Part shown: in pieces, positions 47,786 to 61,874 of the stretch
Numbering within the stretch: the first letter of the stretch is position 1
Layout of the letters: every line of letters begins with the position of its first letter
Source of the DNA: Cystobasidiomycetes sp. EMM_F5
Lineage: Eukaryota
DNA length: 64,000 nt
Assembly: GCA_051047955.1 (NCBI GenBank)
Contig: JBPGPT010000004.1
Location: forward strand, 434,001 to 498,000
Reading direction: 5' to 3'
Made by a program: the position numbers and the translations under genes
The notes under the pieces: generated by a model
Told to the model about the DNA's origin: nothing
The model's input: the letters and a program-made list of their open reading frames with translations, nothing else
Database searches by the model: none

Positions 47786-48696
47786 TTACACTGAGGCTGC
47801 TGTACCCTGTAAAGACTTGCTCAATGAAGCTCTTTCTGCATACGCGAGCTTGTTGATGGCTTGTTCCTGCTGCTTGCGTCTCTCGTGTATACGTTTCACA
47901 ATGCTCGAGAAGCGAGTTGCCGTCCCCCTGACCTCGTTCCCACGCCATCGCCACGAGTGCTTGCCTCGACCCATCTCCGTCCTTGCTTTCATTCGGATCT
48001 CTCTCCCTCTCAAGACGCTGTGGATATCAATGCATAGGCGACGACGCAAATAAGGAAGAGTAGAGCGTCAGAATGGTTGGCAAAGACAGCAAGGCAGCCG
48101 ACGTACTATGCATTTGACATATTTTTGATGGTGTCTGGTCGTCGAGTTGGATACCAGAAGGGTTCTTCCAGCCCTACAATCGCCTTCTTCTCTCCACGCT
48201 CGCGTGATATCGACTTCCACTGTCCTGGCAGTCTCGCTCTGACTTTCGGTCCCATCGTAAGGATCGTCGAAATGCTCGTTACTCGAAGGCCGTAGACTTG
48301 GGCGAGATACGATACGATATCGGGTTTGGTGAGCTGAGGAGGAACTTTGAAGGTCGCAATGTACGGATTACCCTTCTCTCTTGGGCTGTTCCTCACAAGG
48401 CGGATAATGATGTTGGGTAGGTAGATTTTCTGGGCAGATTCCGCTTCTTCTGCAGACAGCGGTTTCGGAGCTCGCCGTGACGGGAAGTCAAGAGGTTTGC
48501 TGAAGTTGATACGCTTCGGAGCAGTTGAAGAAGGCGGAGCTACATTTTGGCGCTGCGAGGACGGCGCTGGCAAGCTCTGAGCTGGAGCATCGGACACGAC
48601 AGCAAATTGTCGTCGCGGGGCCTTGAGGATCCCTCCAATGCTTCTAGACTGCATTCGAGTTGCAGATGCGCAGGTGCATCGCATCATTGTTTGCAT
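47786..48696 (-). CDS. MRP20: Mitochondrial ribosomal protein uL23m, one intron
   Basis: IYLPNIIIRLVRN, ATFKVPPQLTKPDIVSYLAQVYGLRV and KKAIVGLEEPFWYP. Confidence 0.88.
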
Positions 48697-49165
48697 ATCG
48701 TTATTGGTGCACAGTCGACCCACCGACAGCCTCAATACTTACAATGGCAGCAAGACATCAGAAAACTGCTGATCAAATGCTTCTTGCCCGTATTCCCTGA
48801 GTTACAGTACAGTATATGAACATCTTTGAAAACAATTCCTCATCTATTAGAGCTTCTACTGCGTGGACTATCCCGCAACTGATGTCCTATGGTGTGAAAG
48901 GCTACATTTACAGTCGACCGATTACTGATGCCGCTTGATGACTGCGTGGGCTAGAAAGAGTGTCCGTGTATGAAATGTTGAGTGCTTGTAAAAGATATAG
49001 CTGTGCAGTGTCTGCTGTTATGAAAAGCGAAAGGGCTGTTTATGTCGGCCGATGCTGTTTACTTTGGGGGATGCGCAAAGACCAGCGGAGGCCGGTGGAA
49101 GCTTGATAGAGCAGCGCCAGATGGAGCAGAGCCATTCGATGATTTGGCTGCCATGAAGAAGCGCT

Positions 49166-49567
49166 TTAGAAATAAGTCCGAGAAATCTCCGAGAGAGGCA
49201 AGAACCAACAAGATTTCATCATCATAATTGCTCGCTCGGCTTGCATAGCCATTTCCCGCTTGTAGACGTATGCTCTTCCTGCGCTTGGTGTGCGGCGGAC
49301 AGAGGTCAGATCCCTTGGTTCTGTTGCGGGCTTGCCGGCATCGGACGTAGTGGATGACGGGATGGAAGAGATGGACACTCTGGAAGGTGAAGCTGGCGGA
49401 GACGACGCCGGAGAAGAGTCCATAGAAGTCTTGACTGGTGATGCTTCCGCAACGCTGCTTGCGGATGATGGCAGGTCCACTGCCTCGGTACTCTCGTAGG
49501 TGGAAGAAGATAACGACCTCCTCTTCTCCAGCAGCTTGTCGAGCTTGACTTTCGATTTCTCAAACAT
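49166..49567 (-). CDS. Small Ser/Pro-rich hypothetical protein (133 aa)
   Basis: ATG at 49567 (MFEKSKVKLDKLLEK), low-complexity body and a TATATAT stretch about 150 bp upstream on the minus strand; no recognisable domain. Confidence 0.5.
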   Translation of the reverse strand: MFEKSKVKLDKLLEKRRSLSSSTYESTEAVDLPSSASSVAEASPVKTSMDSSPASSPPASPSRVSISSIPSSTTSDAGKPATEPRDLTSVRRTPSAGRAYVYKREMAMQAERAIMMMKSCWFLPLSEISRTYF

Positions 49568-50061
49568 AGTGGGCTTGGTGGGCAATTGAAAGATTGAACA
49601 CAAACAAACAAACAGGAAAAAGTCAGTACACCGAGGTAGTATTCTCGACTGTCCGGTTGAGCTCTTTGTGCCGATCCTGCTGACTGGGAAGAGATTTCAA
49701 GAAAGGACCCCAGCACATTATATATAGCGTGCACTAACGTCAGCGGGGGTCGGTCGCATTCCAAATCAGCCTGCATCCTTGCTCCGGTGACTGATGCTTT
49801 TTGGCTTTCATCAGGAGCGGGGTGTTTCCGCTTTCGTCGCGGCATCCGTGGCGACAAAATGGTAGTATACCGAGCAAATTTTGCAGATTGGAGATCCTTT
49901 TGTATGATAACGCAACTCTTGGGCGATGACATGATGTAAACATGCCAGCTGCATCTGAAGTACAACATCATCTTATTTTTACAACCCAAACGCAACATTA
50001 GTACAAGCCTACCGCTAAATCAATTACGTCCAATAACGAAAGCAAGAGCGTTTTAATAACG

Positions 50062-52823
50062 CTACAGACGCGCAGCCTTGGATGCGTTCTTCTTTTGACT
50101 TTTTGAGTAGCCTGGGCAGGAGTCGTCATTGTCAATTTTCCTAGCAGCTACATCACAGACTGTTGCGGACCCACCTTTGAGACGCCTTTGCTTGGCGCGC
50201 AGACTGGTCTTGGACTTTCCTCGAACTTCGCGTGACTGAGCCACCATAGCGAACGCCTTTGTCTTCTTACGCTTCTCTTTGTTTGTTGATGAAGACGGAT
50301 TGGCTTGCTTCTTCTTTCCCTTCATGCTGCCAAACTTTTCTCTGCCCTCTCGTCCTTTTGCTATCGATGCCAAGCGCTCTTCGTAGTCGGCTTTCGCCTT
50401 CTTACCAGCACCAATGATATCTCCTTCAGTCAGAGAACTTTCGGCTCCATCGCCTTTGCCACTCTTGAACGCCTTTTTCGCTGCAGTCAATAATGCCAAC
50501 TTGCGTTTGGCTGCTCCGCCGCCGCCAGCTTTGACTTCTGCTTCAGCAGCTGCAGTTCTTAGCTCGTTCAATTTCGCAAAGTCCGCAGGTGTAAGAATGC
50601 GTGTCATCGCAAGAGCCATCAAAGAGTCCTTGGTTGCATCTCCGTCCGGCTGTGCAGTTTGCAAAGCTTGCATCTCTTCGGTAGTGACCTCGAGTGCCTC
50701 TGCGCCATACGGGGCTTCAGTTCCAGCGGGGCCTGCATGCTCCTCCGAACCATCGTCATCCGATTCTCCGTCACTGTCGTCATCTGAGGTGTCCTCGTCT
50801 TCATCCTCATCTGGGGCGTCAACCGATGGTTTTGCCGGCAATACAGCGAATTTGACCCTTTTGCGCTCCCTTCTGTCTGTTCGCTCTTCTTCATCTTCAG
50901 AGTCGTCGAATTGGCCATGCGCCTCGCCTTCATCTGAACTAACAGCGATCCATCCCTCTTCGCCCGAATCGTCGCCAGAGTCGGAAGAGTCCACCTCCCA
51001 GCCATCGTTCTCCTCCTCTTCGACCTGCTCCCCGCTATCCCCATTTGCATTCGTCTTCTTTTCGCTGAGGTATTGCTCTAACAGATCCAGGCCTTCTATA
51101 CTTGTTTGTTGATCCTTTGTGGTACCGAAAGCAAGGGTTCCATTCTGCCCCGCAGCAGCATTCATAGTTGCTGTTTTACCCCTTTCTCGTTTCCTGAGCA
51201 TGTCCGGGTTCACTTCTCTATACAATTGAAGAAGCGAGCGGGAGGCTACCATAACGCCCTTATCCTTACTCTTCCGGTAGTCGACCAGATCCTCCAGGAG
51301 ATCTGGCTCCATAGCCCAGGGCTGCCGACGGCACACTTCCCGAACTGCATTGATACCTGCAGCCACAACTTGCGAACTTACGCCTGGATGAACGAATTCG
51401 TGCGAGATTTTGCGGATAACAGGTGTTAGGGCATCAGGCGGGACTAGCTCGTGAACCGACGATGCTAAAGCAACCAAGATGGTCGTGATTTGCAGTTGGC
51501 TGTAAGTCAAGTATTTGATGATGTAGGAGTAGAAGGAGAGGACATAGGCGCGGTGCAGGCCGCACGCGCGCCCGTACAATTGAAGGATGAGAACCTTGTG
51601 CTCCAACGTGAAGCGTTTATCATTACGGGCGAGCAATTCATACAGCTTTTCTACAAACGCCTGTGGATCGTGGAGCAGGTTGAGCGCTGAATTATCGATC
51701 CCTTCTCCGTTGGCAGCTTTGATCTCGGAAGCTTTCCGCTTCGAATTTGCCTTTTTTATCTCCTTTCTCGCAGCACGGTCGGATGAACGCTTCTTCTTGT
51801 TGATCTGCTGCTGGTGCTTGACTTTGCGAATCTTGTTCATGCTGACGCCAACGTCCTCATCGCCTGAAGAAACGTCAGATTCGTCTAGAGACGACGAAGT
51901 ATTACTGTTGAGGAAAAAATGCATGGCAACGCTCTGCACTTTGGTGTTGGAATGGAAGCAAGCTGCTGATAGTAAGTTGGCGGTGCGTGCATCCCTCCAT
52001 GTTCCTTTTCGCCATAGTTCCGACGCAAGCTTGACTGCCCACATCGCTTCCTTGCCAGTATTCGCGGAAGCCTTGCTTCCTGATTGCTTCATGCCTGTTC
52101 CGGCATAATCCGCTACAGTAGATTCTGAGGAAGCGGTAGATGAACGTTCTATCATATCGTACAGCAGACCCTGTACGAGGCGGTTGAATTTGTGGTTTTG
52201 CGTCTTTGCATTGGCATTTTTTACATCAGACATAATGGTCTTGAGAATTGACGACCTGATGGATGAAGACGTCGACATTGAGAGTAAGGGAAAAAGCGTC
52301 TTAAGGAGCCTGAGAATAGAGCTGTCAGATGGAGTTGGCCGCTGCAGTCCAAAGAAGGCTACGCACTCCTGGCCGCTGATGACACCACGGTTTCTCAACA
52401 GAACTAAGGAATGTATCAGTGTCCGCCGAGTGTCTGTCGATAGATGAGCGTGCGACCGCAGCAGAAGATTTGAAAAATGGGACGGCAGGTCTTTCGTATG
52501 CTGGGGGTAACAAGCCGCGGTCTGTAATGCCGTACGAGTATCAGCTATCCCAAGTCTCTCGCGAGCTTGTTCTTCGCCCTGACCTGCGCTACAAACGATG
52601 CCAGCTCCCTGAACCGTTCTTCATCAGTGCCAGCCTTTCCCGAACTTCCAGGCTGTCCGGCAGTACCAGCGGACGTCGATATGCCCTGCTCAATGATGGC
52701 CCGCAGCGAGTTGTAGTGCGCCAGCTGGATCAGGAATTCGTCCGTGTAGCTGGCAGGATCTCGCTTGATGACATTCTGCAGGTTTGGCAGCGACGACAGC
52801 AGTGCGAGCCCGCGCTGAGCCAT
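50062..52823 (-). CDS. SDA1: Protein SDA1 (60S maturation), multi-exon
   Basis: LPNLQNVIKRDPASYTDEF, LLHDPQAFVEKL, SVHELVPPD, GINAVREVCRRQP, TRILTPADF and STNKEKRKK. Confidence 0.94.
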
Positions 52824-52979
52824 ACCGAAAGACGGGCTCTGCAGCAGTTTTAGTGGACAGGTCTACGCTAGTATTCAGCGAAAGAGTAGTCGCATCAAGT
52901 ATCGCAAAATTTTCATGTCAATGGAGAGCGTTTTGGTGACGATCGGCATTCGGATTACCCGCAATAATATCGACTACGG

Positions 52980-55900
52980 CTACAGCAGATCCACCGCCTT
53001 CTCATCGTCCGGATTGACATCCTTGTCCAGGTACACTACCTCCTCTGGGCCGTTACCGCCCTTCTCCGCGTCGCCGGGCTCACTCCAACCATCACTGCCG
53101 TCCGCACTCGCTTCTTCTGCTAATGTCCCACCAAGAGCTTCGACCATATCAAACCACTGTACGCTGACGTCCAGAGTCTGTCCCTGGAGCAGCGCCTTGA
53201 CCAGCTTCTGTTCGTATCGCGCATGAAGGGTACGTCGAAGCGATCGCGTCATGAAGCTCTCCATCAGATGTAGAGGCCACTCGTCTGGAATACTCGGGAG
53301 TATATCTCGCGGTGGGATGCGGATTGCCTGAGTGTCTATGATGTGGGACGCGCGAGCTTGCTCGCTTGCCAGCGTGTCTGCCGGTGCTGTACACGACTGC
53401 TTCAACGTGATCTTGATGAGCAGATTCAACAGCTCCTGCCTTTGTGTTTCTCGCTGTTCAGGCGTTGTTGCTAGGCTATTTGTGGAACCGGCGATAGCCT
53501 GCCTCCGACGCCCGTCTTTGCGTAGGAGAGCAGCTGGTAAAGGTAGGCCAGCCAATGACAAAATCTCGCGTACATTCTTGGGACCAAGAATTTCTTGAGT
53601 ATTAGCATGTGTGCAGTAAGCTTCTGCCGCGACAGAATCCCGCAGCAGAGTCGCAAGTATTTCCAGCGTTGCTTCATGTAGATCAAGCTGCCGTCCGCAA
53701 TACGCATGAGCCTTTCAACTTATTGCCAAATACGGGAAACAGGGTAACTGACCTTGGCGAGAACAATGGCAAGTTCGAACTCCGTCCCCTGCATATTCTG
53801 AAGTCGTTGTCGAGCCTTTTCATAGTCGTAAAAGTTAGAAGCGTGAAGCAGGATGATAAGCTTAGCACGCAGTTTTCGGAGGTCGTCATCGATGCTGTCG
53901 GCCTGTAAGAAGCGTACAAACGACATCTCGACTGTATCGGCAGAGGCAATATACAGCTGACGGAAGTGTAGCAGATTGTGCTGATTGCGGTGTTCTTGAA
54001 GCTGGTGCTCAAGCTTTGTGAAGTACTGATGGATGAGTTCGCCATGATATTTGGCATCCTATCACCACACGCGGCTTGATGAGTCTTTGCGGAGACTGCA
54101 AATGCACTTAGGACCTACTGTTCCTCTACGTTGAAACACGGCACTTTGGAGAAATTCGAAAGCAGCATCGTCGTCTTTGCTTCGCAAATCCTCCATGATC
54201 TCGTCGACCTTGAGTAGCGCGATTTGCCCAGGCTTTGTCAGAAGCTGTGCAGAACATTTTAGGAATCTGGCACAAGACATGCACGTTTTACGCACCTTGA
54301 GCGCAAGACTACGATCCTTGTCGACCAGCCACAGAGCATACATCTGAACAAGGCGAATATCCGTAAGAGAGTCCAGAAGATTATAGATTTTTGCCAGCCC
54401 ATCCGTGAAATGACTGTCATGACGTTTTTGGTCTACCAACCTGCACAGCATGCTCAGCTGTTGTGTGGAACCCCGATAGTAATCTCAACAAACTCTGCCC
54501 AAATGCTCAAAGTCTCGCTGACTTGACCCTTGGCGAGATACAGCTGTGACAGGTACCAGTGCATTTGGTTCTGTTCCAAAAGCGGTCGAAGTTGTTCGAC
54601 GTCGCAGTCGTGCGCTTCCTGTTCTAACATAGTGATCAAAGCAGGATGATATTGACGGTCTTCCAGATAGAGTTTCGCCAGGCAAGTGTCAACCAGCTGC
54701 GATACATTAGCTGTGTTAGCGGAACCTCGCGAGAACAAGCTGAAACTTACCCGATCTATGTCGCGAGCCAATACTTCGTTCTTTGCATCGAAACCCAAGT
54801 TGTCCAGGCCTTCCGCGCGACGCTCTATCCGCCATGGAATCAGGAAATCTCGCAGCATAGATCGCGCATTCAGCATTAGTCTATGGGACAAGCCTTGCAT
54901 AGGCGGGGACGCAGGCTCCAGATGCGGCGCGTAATTACGAACTAGAATTATACCAACTGTACATCAGTTCAGTTTGCTTTTCGATATCAGATCGTGAGAT
55001 GGTCCCGTGGGAGGTCATGGACTATCATGATAGCCTGATGCGATTAGGGAAACAATTAATACTCACTGATGTCGTCTACAGTGACATTTTCGCCGACCAT
55101 ATCTACTAGCATGCGTTCGAGTCCAGCATACACCGAGCATTCATGGATGTGGAGCTCGCTGTACATGTTGCCATAGATTTCAGGAAATAGACGTATCAAC
55201 AACCTCGGATCGGCCCGGCTCTGAAAGAAAAGTGGCCCGGCGTCCGTGAATCGTGTGCTGCTCAGATACGTCCATGCGGCCTTTTGACGTATATAGCGGG
55301 CCTCCTCGATCTGATACAACGAGACGTCAATGTAAAGCGTTGCGAAGGCTCAAGGACTGCCGGCTCTCACCTTTTCCCGGCTGTTGAGCTGTCCTAGGCT
55401 TTGCAGCAGTCGTAAAGCATCCTCAACTCGATTGTTGTCGATCAAGGCGTCCGCCTGAGCTACAAGTGTCAAGGGACAAAGTCCCAATACGGCATCTCGG
55501 CCGATGATTAGTGTACTGGCCGGCACAGTCGAGATATGAGTGGTGACCCTTCGTGAAACGGATGGCCTCGTTGCTGCTACTCCCGACGTTTGCGGTACCT
55601 GTCTTTCCCGTCTTGGTGTGACTGGAGGCGACATCTTCGCGGAGGGAGTTGTATCATCTAAAGCCGGAATGGATGCCGCTTCAGCAGACTTCGGAAATAA
55701 TGAGATCTGCGTCATGTCCAGATGGAGGGAGCTGCTTGAATGAGGCACCAAAAGTGGGGAAAATGCTGTGGCCGAGCCTGCATTGAACTTGCGGTCCGGA
55801 AATCCCGCGGAGCAACTGACTAGGACTCTGGGCTGGAACATGTCTACTTTACCACCATTCTGTGGGGAAGTTATCGGTAGGGCTTGACTGTGTGCGTTTG

Positions 55901-57428
55901 GCGTAGACGTTACGGATGATATAGGCGAAGACATGGAGCGAGGCGTAAAAAGAGTTGCTAGCTGTATGACCTGCACCAGCTCTTGCGAGACGATGTTGTG
56001 GATTTCTAGGGAATTATCTTGCAGCAAAGCAATCACGAATTCGCCTTGAACAACTATGATGGGGAGCTCATCAGTCTTGTCCAACGTGCGTCGATGGGCC
56101 GGCTCGCGTACCAATAGATTTTGGGTTGCTCGCCCATTCCAGCGTTCCACGAGTAGGCTCGCCGTTTTCTTTGATGAAAAGGCCTAGCGTGCTGTGTCCG
56201 GTATGACTGGCTACCAGGAACTCGTCTGCAGCTACCGTGACTATAGACGGTCTCTGATAACTTTTAGGTCTGGCGAAATCTGACGATGATTCGTCTGGAG
56301 GGACACCATTTCCACTCTGCTCCGGCGGATCTTGTGAAATAGGTAGCAGTGGTGTCATGGTAGCTGCTTCCAAGTCTACGAGAGAGTAGTTCATAGCGTC
56401 AGCGATACATAACGCTGACCGGCGAAGTACGGCCAGGATAGCTGTAGAACGCAATGGTAGATCTCGTCCCTGCTCTATGCTGAACTGAGATATGGAGTAG
56501 AGCTGCATTGAGCGCCGCTTGATGATGCACACAGACACGTGAGTCCCGTGAGGATTGGAAAGATCGACGGCAAAGGTAGAGACGCCGCGAATAGGCGCTA
56601 GTGTGGGTAGTGGAGCAAAGGAAGGCAGGGAATGGAATGTCAAAAGGCCCTCTGCAGTTGACTGTCTCTCTCAGCATACTGAACGTCTAATTGCACAGGT
56701 CGTAGGCAGCGTACCGGATAGCACTATAGCCTTTCCTACGGTCGCCAGAACAGCCAACTTCTCAATGGGCCGCTTGCCGGGCACGATATTGTACTGGTCC
56801 AGTAGATATGCAGCCTGAGACATTTCGTCCATCGGTACTCAATCAAGCGCTGTTCCAAGCCATTTCGCGTGCAGAGGAAGAAAGAACCCACCTCTTCCGC
56901 ATTATCCGACACTACATCTTCGCCTTGAATGCCAACGGCCTTCTGTTTGCCTTTATCACTCGCAGTCCGGCTGGGGTCGAGTTTCCAGACGGCGAGTCCG
57001 CCTTCGCTGCCCGCCAGATAGATGGTATCGTTTCCAGCTTCTGCCGTACGAATGACCTGCTTGCTGGAGCTTGGTGTGCCAGCATCATGGCCAGCCGGCG
57101 GTGGTGTCGCTATCGCTGGGCCAGCAACATGACCGCTATCGCTGCTAGCCCAGCTACTTCTTCGCTGGTCGGCGAGCCTGGGATTGACGAGCTGCGACAG
57201 TCTTCCGCTCAGACTCGACAACGGAGGTGGTGACCCAACATTTCCCAGGTTTATTGGCTGGGTGCTCGAAGCTGGCGGTGATGATGGCCCACCAAATGCA
57301 TGTCCAGCAGCAGCATAGTTTGGACTGAGCGACGAAGCGACAGCACTGAACGCTGGCGGGTGGACCAGCTTCACAAGCTCAAACGGCGGCACCTCGAATC
57401 GCTGCGGCTGGCTCAGCTTGGCCGCCAT
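52980..57428 (-). CDS. CNH-domain vacuolar tethering subunit (Vps3/TGFBRAP1/Vps39 family), multi-exon
   Basis: IYLAGSEG, CNH-like beta segments (GLFIKENGEPTRGTLEW), DPRLLIRLFP, LVDTCLAKLY and ILPSIPDEWPL. Confidence 0.85.
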
Positions 57429-57492
57429 TTCATTCTGTGCGAAAGCGGAGAACCTGTGGTGCATTGAATACGTATTTGTATTACAACGACGG

Positions 57493-58654
57493 TTACAAGA
57501 CTGAAGTTACAACAATGGACGGCATATCTTCGTGCGAGCTGCGGAGGACGACTTTGACTTGATCTCGCACTCTATGCGGTGGCAGGGCATTCGCCCGACT
57601 GCGACTTCGTTCCGTAAATGCCGCTGACTTGCTCGCAGGTGTCGCCGCTGGACAGGATGCATGAGAAGCAAGTGATGCATGCTCTGGACAGCATGCACGT
57701 TGAGGGGCTGTTGCTTTTTCGAAGAATTTGTAGATGCCCTCCAATCCAGGATGATCTGAGACTGTGGACTCAACCATCAGACAAGACTGCACGATCTTTG
57801 CGCAATTCAAAGTCCACTCACACCTCTCTCGTCTCGCCGCAATGGCGGTTTCAATACGCTCTCTCCGCATCGTCCGGCTGAATGCATGCGACTGCAATCT
57901 GCGTGCGGCCCAACGGTGCAGAGCGCATCTTTTCGGAGGATGAGAAGATGCGCGTGGCGATAAATTCACTTCCTCCACTGACTTTATGACGATGGGATGC
58001 CGCTCCTGTTGATAAAGTGGCCTCTTCCGCTCGTACACAGCAAAGGAGGACGGCTTATCGAATCCGTAGAGCAACCAAGGGTCCTTTTCGGTCTGCCCGC
58101 AAGTCTCGAATTCCGATAGTAACTTCTCCATCATCTTGTAATTTGGCTTCTGGCTACGGCGCGCAGGCCGGACAAAATCCGATACTTCGTCCGGGCGCAG
58201 GAATTTCGACAGGCACTTTTCGTACCAAGAGCAGTTGATTGCGCGTAAAGCCTCGAAGAGCGATCCTTGAATACGATCCCAGTACTTTCAAGCGAAACCA
58301 AAAGTCAACACTTGGTGATAAGGACATAAATGCATGGACGGCTACCTTTGCGAATCCACCATCGGAAGTATGGTATGAGTATAAGCATTCACACCACTCC
58401 TGGACCTTGAGGCTATTCAATTTTCCCAAAAAGCCATTGGAAAGGAATGCCAAGTCCGAGACAAAGTTGACGATCTTCAGGTCGCCATCCATGTAGTACG
58501 GCTCTAGATAGGGTCTCATCGAGAAGGACTCCCCCAAATTACAGAGCGAGTTGACCTGCTCGTTCAACCATGCTGACTTTGTGGACTCGGTCAACCGGCG
58601 TGCCTCGTGTTCGCAGATTTTGGCTGATCCAGCAGGACGCTGACACAGCGGCAT
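57493..58654 (-). CDS. Hypothetical protein, probably one gene with a 61-nt intron
   Basis: ORFs 58154-58654 and 57493-58134 join in frame if GTAGCC...TTGAC...GAAAG is spliced (giving FAK|YWDRIQGSLFEAL); no recognisable domain. Confidence 0.5.
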
Positions 58655-58712
58655 GATTGAATTTGCGATGGCGGAAGTGGTGTGATACGATAATCAGAGA
58701 TCCACACCTCTG

Positions 58713-60612
58713 ATGTCTACGGAATCAAGCAGCCTTTTCGCCATGGCGCGCCCATTTACACGAAACGACCCGCCTCAAGCAGCAGCAAGGCACGCTTGCC
58801 GGCCACCCAAAGGGGCTCACTTACCGCTGCATGCCGTCGCACCACGTAGATTGTGTGCAGGACGGCGTCATGAGCCTCTCATCTCCCTCAGTCGAATATC
58901 CCATTGAGAAGGTGTCGATCCATCTGGCGCTAGTCGGCATGGGCGGTGAGCGAGTCGCGCAGACTCCAGACGGTCTGGCCTCCCATTCCGTTCGACCAGG
59001 GACTCAGAGGCTTGTCGCGCCTGAGGATGTATGTCGTCACTGCAGATACCGATGTTATCAGAATTGAAGCGGATTTTGCTTCGCTCAAGCTTCAGGGGTT
59101 GAGCAGGGATATCAGGTTGTTGTACGGCCAGATAGCGAATGTGCTTCTGAGACTTGCAAAGACATGATTGTTCGCACCTTTCTGATGACCGGCAATGTTC
59201 CGCCTTGCCAAATCTCATGGGTTTGACACAACAAACGGGCAGGCGGTGCACTTCAGGCTCTCCTCGACTCTGAATAATCGCTTGATTGGGCCACTGCAAT
59301 CACAACTCTCAGCAGCCATGTCCAGCACTCCTCACGGCATCGAGTACGTTGTCCATTCTCACTGTTTTCGCTGGTGCCTGGAACGCGACTGACGATATCA
59401 ATCCTGATTTCGCTGGTGTTAATATCTCCACTGCTTTGGTGCTGACGATGTACAATACTCTCCACTTACAGCCTACACTTCTGCGACGTCGAGGCCGCCA
59501 AACGTCCACAGCCACTGTTTGGAAACATCGTTTCATTCGTCCCGTCAGGCCCCGCATTTGCTGCGACCCCAACCGCCGCCTCGAGCGCATGGCCGTCTAA
59601 TTCTGCAGGCTTGCAAGGAGTCTGTACTATTCTCACGGTACCCTCGGGCAAGCAGCAACGCCGTAAGAATCGAGCATATCTGGAGCAACAGGCGATGAAG
59701 GCGAGACTGCCCATCTCGAGCGGGGCAGTCGCTCTCAACATAAAACGCGGAGAAAAGGAGTACATTTTTGATTTCGCACATTTACGCGAGTCGCAGGCGA
59801 AAGGGTTGCTGAAACGTGAAGTCGATAAATGGTATCGCTCCCAGCTCCAGCAGAAGAATGACATGACAAACGTGACTTCAAACCCGCTTCCTAATCCTGC
59901 GAAGTCTCGTCACGCTAGGACACAGTCCAAACAGCGCTCAGACGTTCAGCAAGAAATCGCCACACCTCCTGCTGCAAAGCCAAATGATGAACCAACCGAG
60001 CGGAAAAGATACCAATTGAAACGTTTATTTGGTCACGGTCGAAAACGCAGCGCTGAGCACAGTGGATCGGAGAAGTTGCACCCGCTGAGTCCAGCTGCCG
60101 CACGACCGCACGCAGGCTTGGACATGAAGCGTGAAGAATCTTCATCGAGCCATTCGACAAACTTGACCTATGCATCATCTTCGTCATCCAGCGACGAGGA
60201 CGACGACGATGACGATGAAGATGATGATGAGAATTTCTTTGATATATCGAGCAGTGCGCCGCGACGGCAAGGCAAGTCGGGCTTATATCGCGATCGCTAT
60301 GTACTGGGTCCGCGAGTCACTTTCTTTGACCAAGATGATATTCTGGCCATGCGGGGAGAAGCCCTCCCACCTCCGGTACCAACCAAATCCGGATTACTGC
60401 CGCTGCCGTCAGCAACGCCATTGCTGTCGCCCCTTGGAGGTATACATACTCATGGTGGGCCAAGGTTCCCAGTCGCACACGGTCCCCGCTCTCCTCACAC
60501 AGCTGCTGCAGGATCAGACTCCAGCCAGATCGTTATTCCTCTTAGCCGAGCCACTGATGTCGGCCTTGTCTGGTGGACGGGCGATCTACACGGCCAGATT
60601 ATCGGTTACTGA
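58713..60612 (+). CDS. Hypothetical protein, multi-exon; start uncertain
   Basis: 333-aa terminal ORF with an acidic/Ser tract, plus upstream exon fragments bounded by GT...AG. Confidence 0.5.
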
Positions 60613-60696
60613 ACACTCCGCTCGCCCAGACAACGAGCGCCCGTTTCAATCTTTTCGCAAATTAGTTGTTGCAGCCGAAACTTCTGCTCGAAGAAG

Positions 60697-61490
60697 CTAC
60701 GCGTCCTTTCGTTTAGCTGGCCGGACCATGCAAGGCAACCGCAATGTTTTAATGGCGTTGCCATGCTGATCTTTAGCCTCAATCTCGGCATTGTCAATCA
60801 GCTTATAGCCTTTGGCTAAGTATATCGGCGCTCCGGCTGCGCTGGCTTCGAGATACGATGGAAGCGGAGGATCTGCATTGTCCGCCCTGTGCAGTCCGTA
60901 TGCTATTAGCTGGCTGCCTACGCCGAGGCCTTGAGCATCTCGATCCACAATGATAATGGACAGGAACCTGTAAGCAAAGAACGCGCTTTCAGGCGCACTC
61001 ATCCCTTCTGAGGAGCGAGTCGCACATACCAGTGAGGGGTGTCACCCATAATACTTTCCCTCTTCGCAATGATTGCCTCTTTGAAACGACCCAAGAACTC
61101 AAGGTCTGCTTCGGGATTTTTTGGAAGATTCGTGTCGCCTTGGACGTCTGCATCTTTGTTGCTTCTGACAGGAACGCCAGGGAGCACCCATTCGGCAATT
61201 CCTAGAATCTTGCCGGTGTCTACGTCGACTGCTTTGATGAAGGCATTCTTCCCTTTCCGAGAATCATCCAGCCTTTCAGAATACTGCCGCACGATGTGCG
61301 CATATCGCTCGTCATCGGTGATCTTGTCGTTCTTTAGCCATTCCGGATACATGCTCATGTCGATGTCTTCACCCTCGAAAGCTCCGTGGATGAAAGGAGC
61401 GATATTTGGCAGATCAGACTCCTCAATTTGCTCAATTCTGATGGCCGGCCTTGACCTCTTGCTTGAGCTGACAGCTTCTTGTGTATTCAT
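60697..61490 (-). CDS. GNAT-family N-acetyltransferase, one intron
   Basis: KAVDVDTGKILGIAEW, HW|FLSIIIVDRDAQGLGVGSQLI (acetyl-CoA motif A) and YLEASAAGAPIYLAKGY. Confidence 0.88.
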
Positions 61491-61874
61491 AATCTTTTTC
61501 AATAGAGGGTACTTAGTCGTGTAGCGCGAGAAGGGACTGCGGTGATAACGCAACGCACAAAGCAGGAGCAGGAGAAAAGCGCGCCCGTCTTTGCTAAAGC
61601 ACAATGTGCCAAGGGCACACCAATGTGCAGCTGCGGATGTGATCGCGACTTTCGATGACCGAATCGGCTCAGTAGGCGATTTAGCAAGCGACTGTATTAC
61701 GGGTGGGGTGATGACATCCGAAGTTCCTGTGGTTACACCTCCAAACAGCAGCTACCCTGACTACATTGTATTCGTAACACTATGCTACACGGCGGGGGTC
61801 TTCAGAATGGTGGATAGCGGCACTTGGCCAGGTAATCACGACAGGCCGTTAAAGCGCAACCGGCGGTCCGTGCG

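Noticed and set aside
49306..49998. 230-aa minus-strand ORF overlapping the small Ser-rich gene
   Set aside because: No domain or coding-like composition; it spans the probable promoter of the 49567 gene
50414..51112. 232-aa Ser-rich + strand ORF
   Set aside because: Antisense to the acidic region of SDA1
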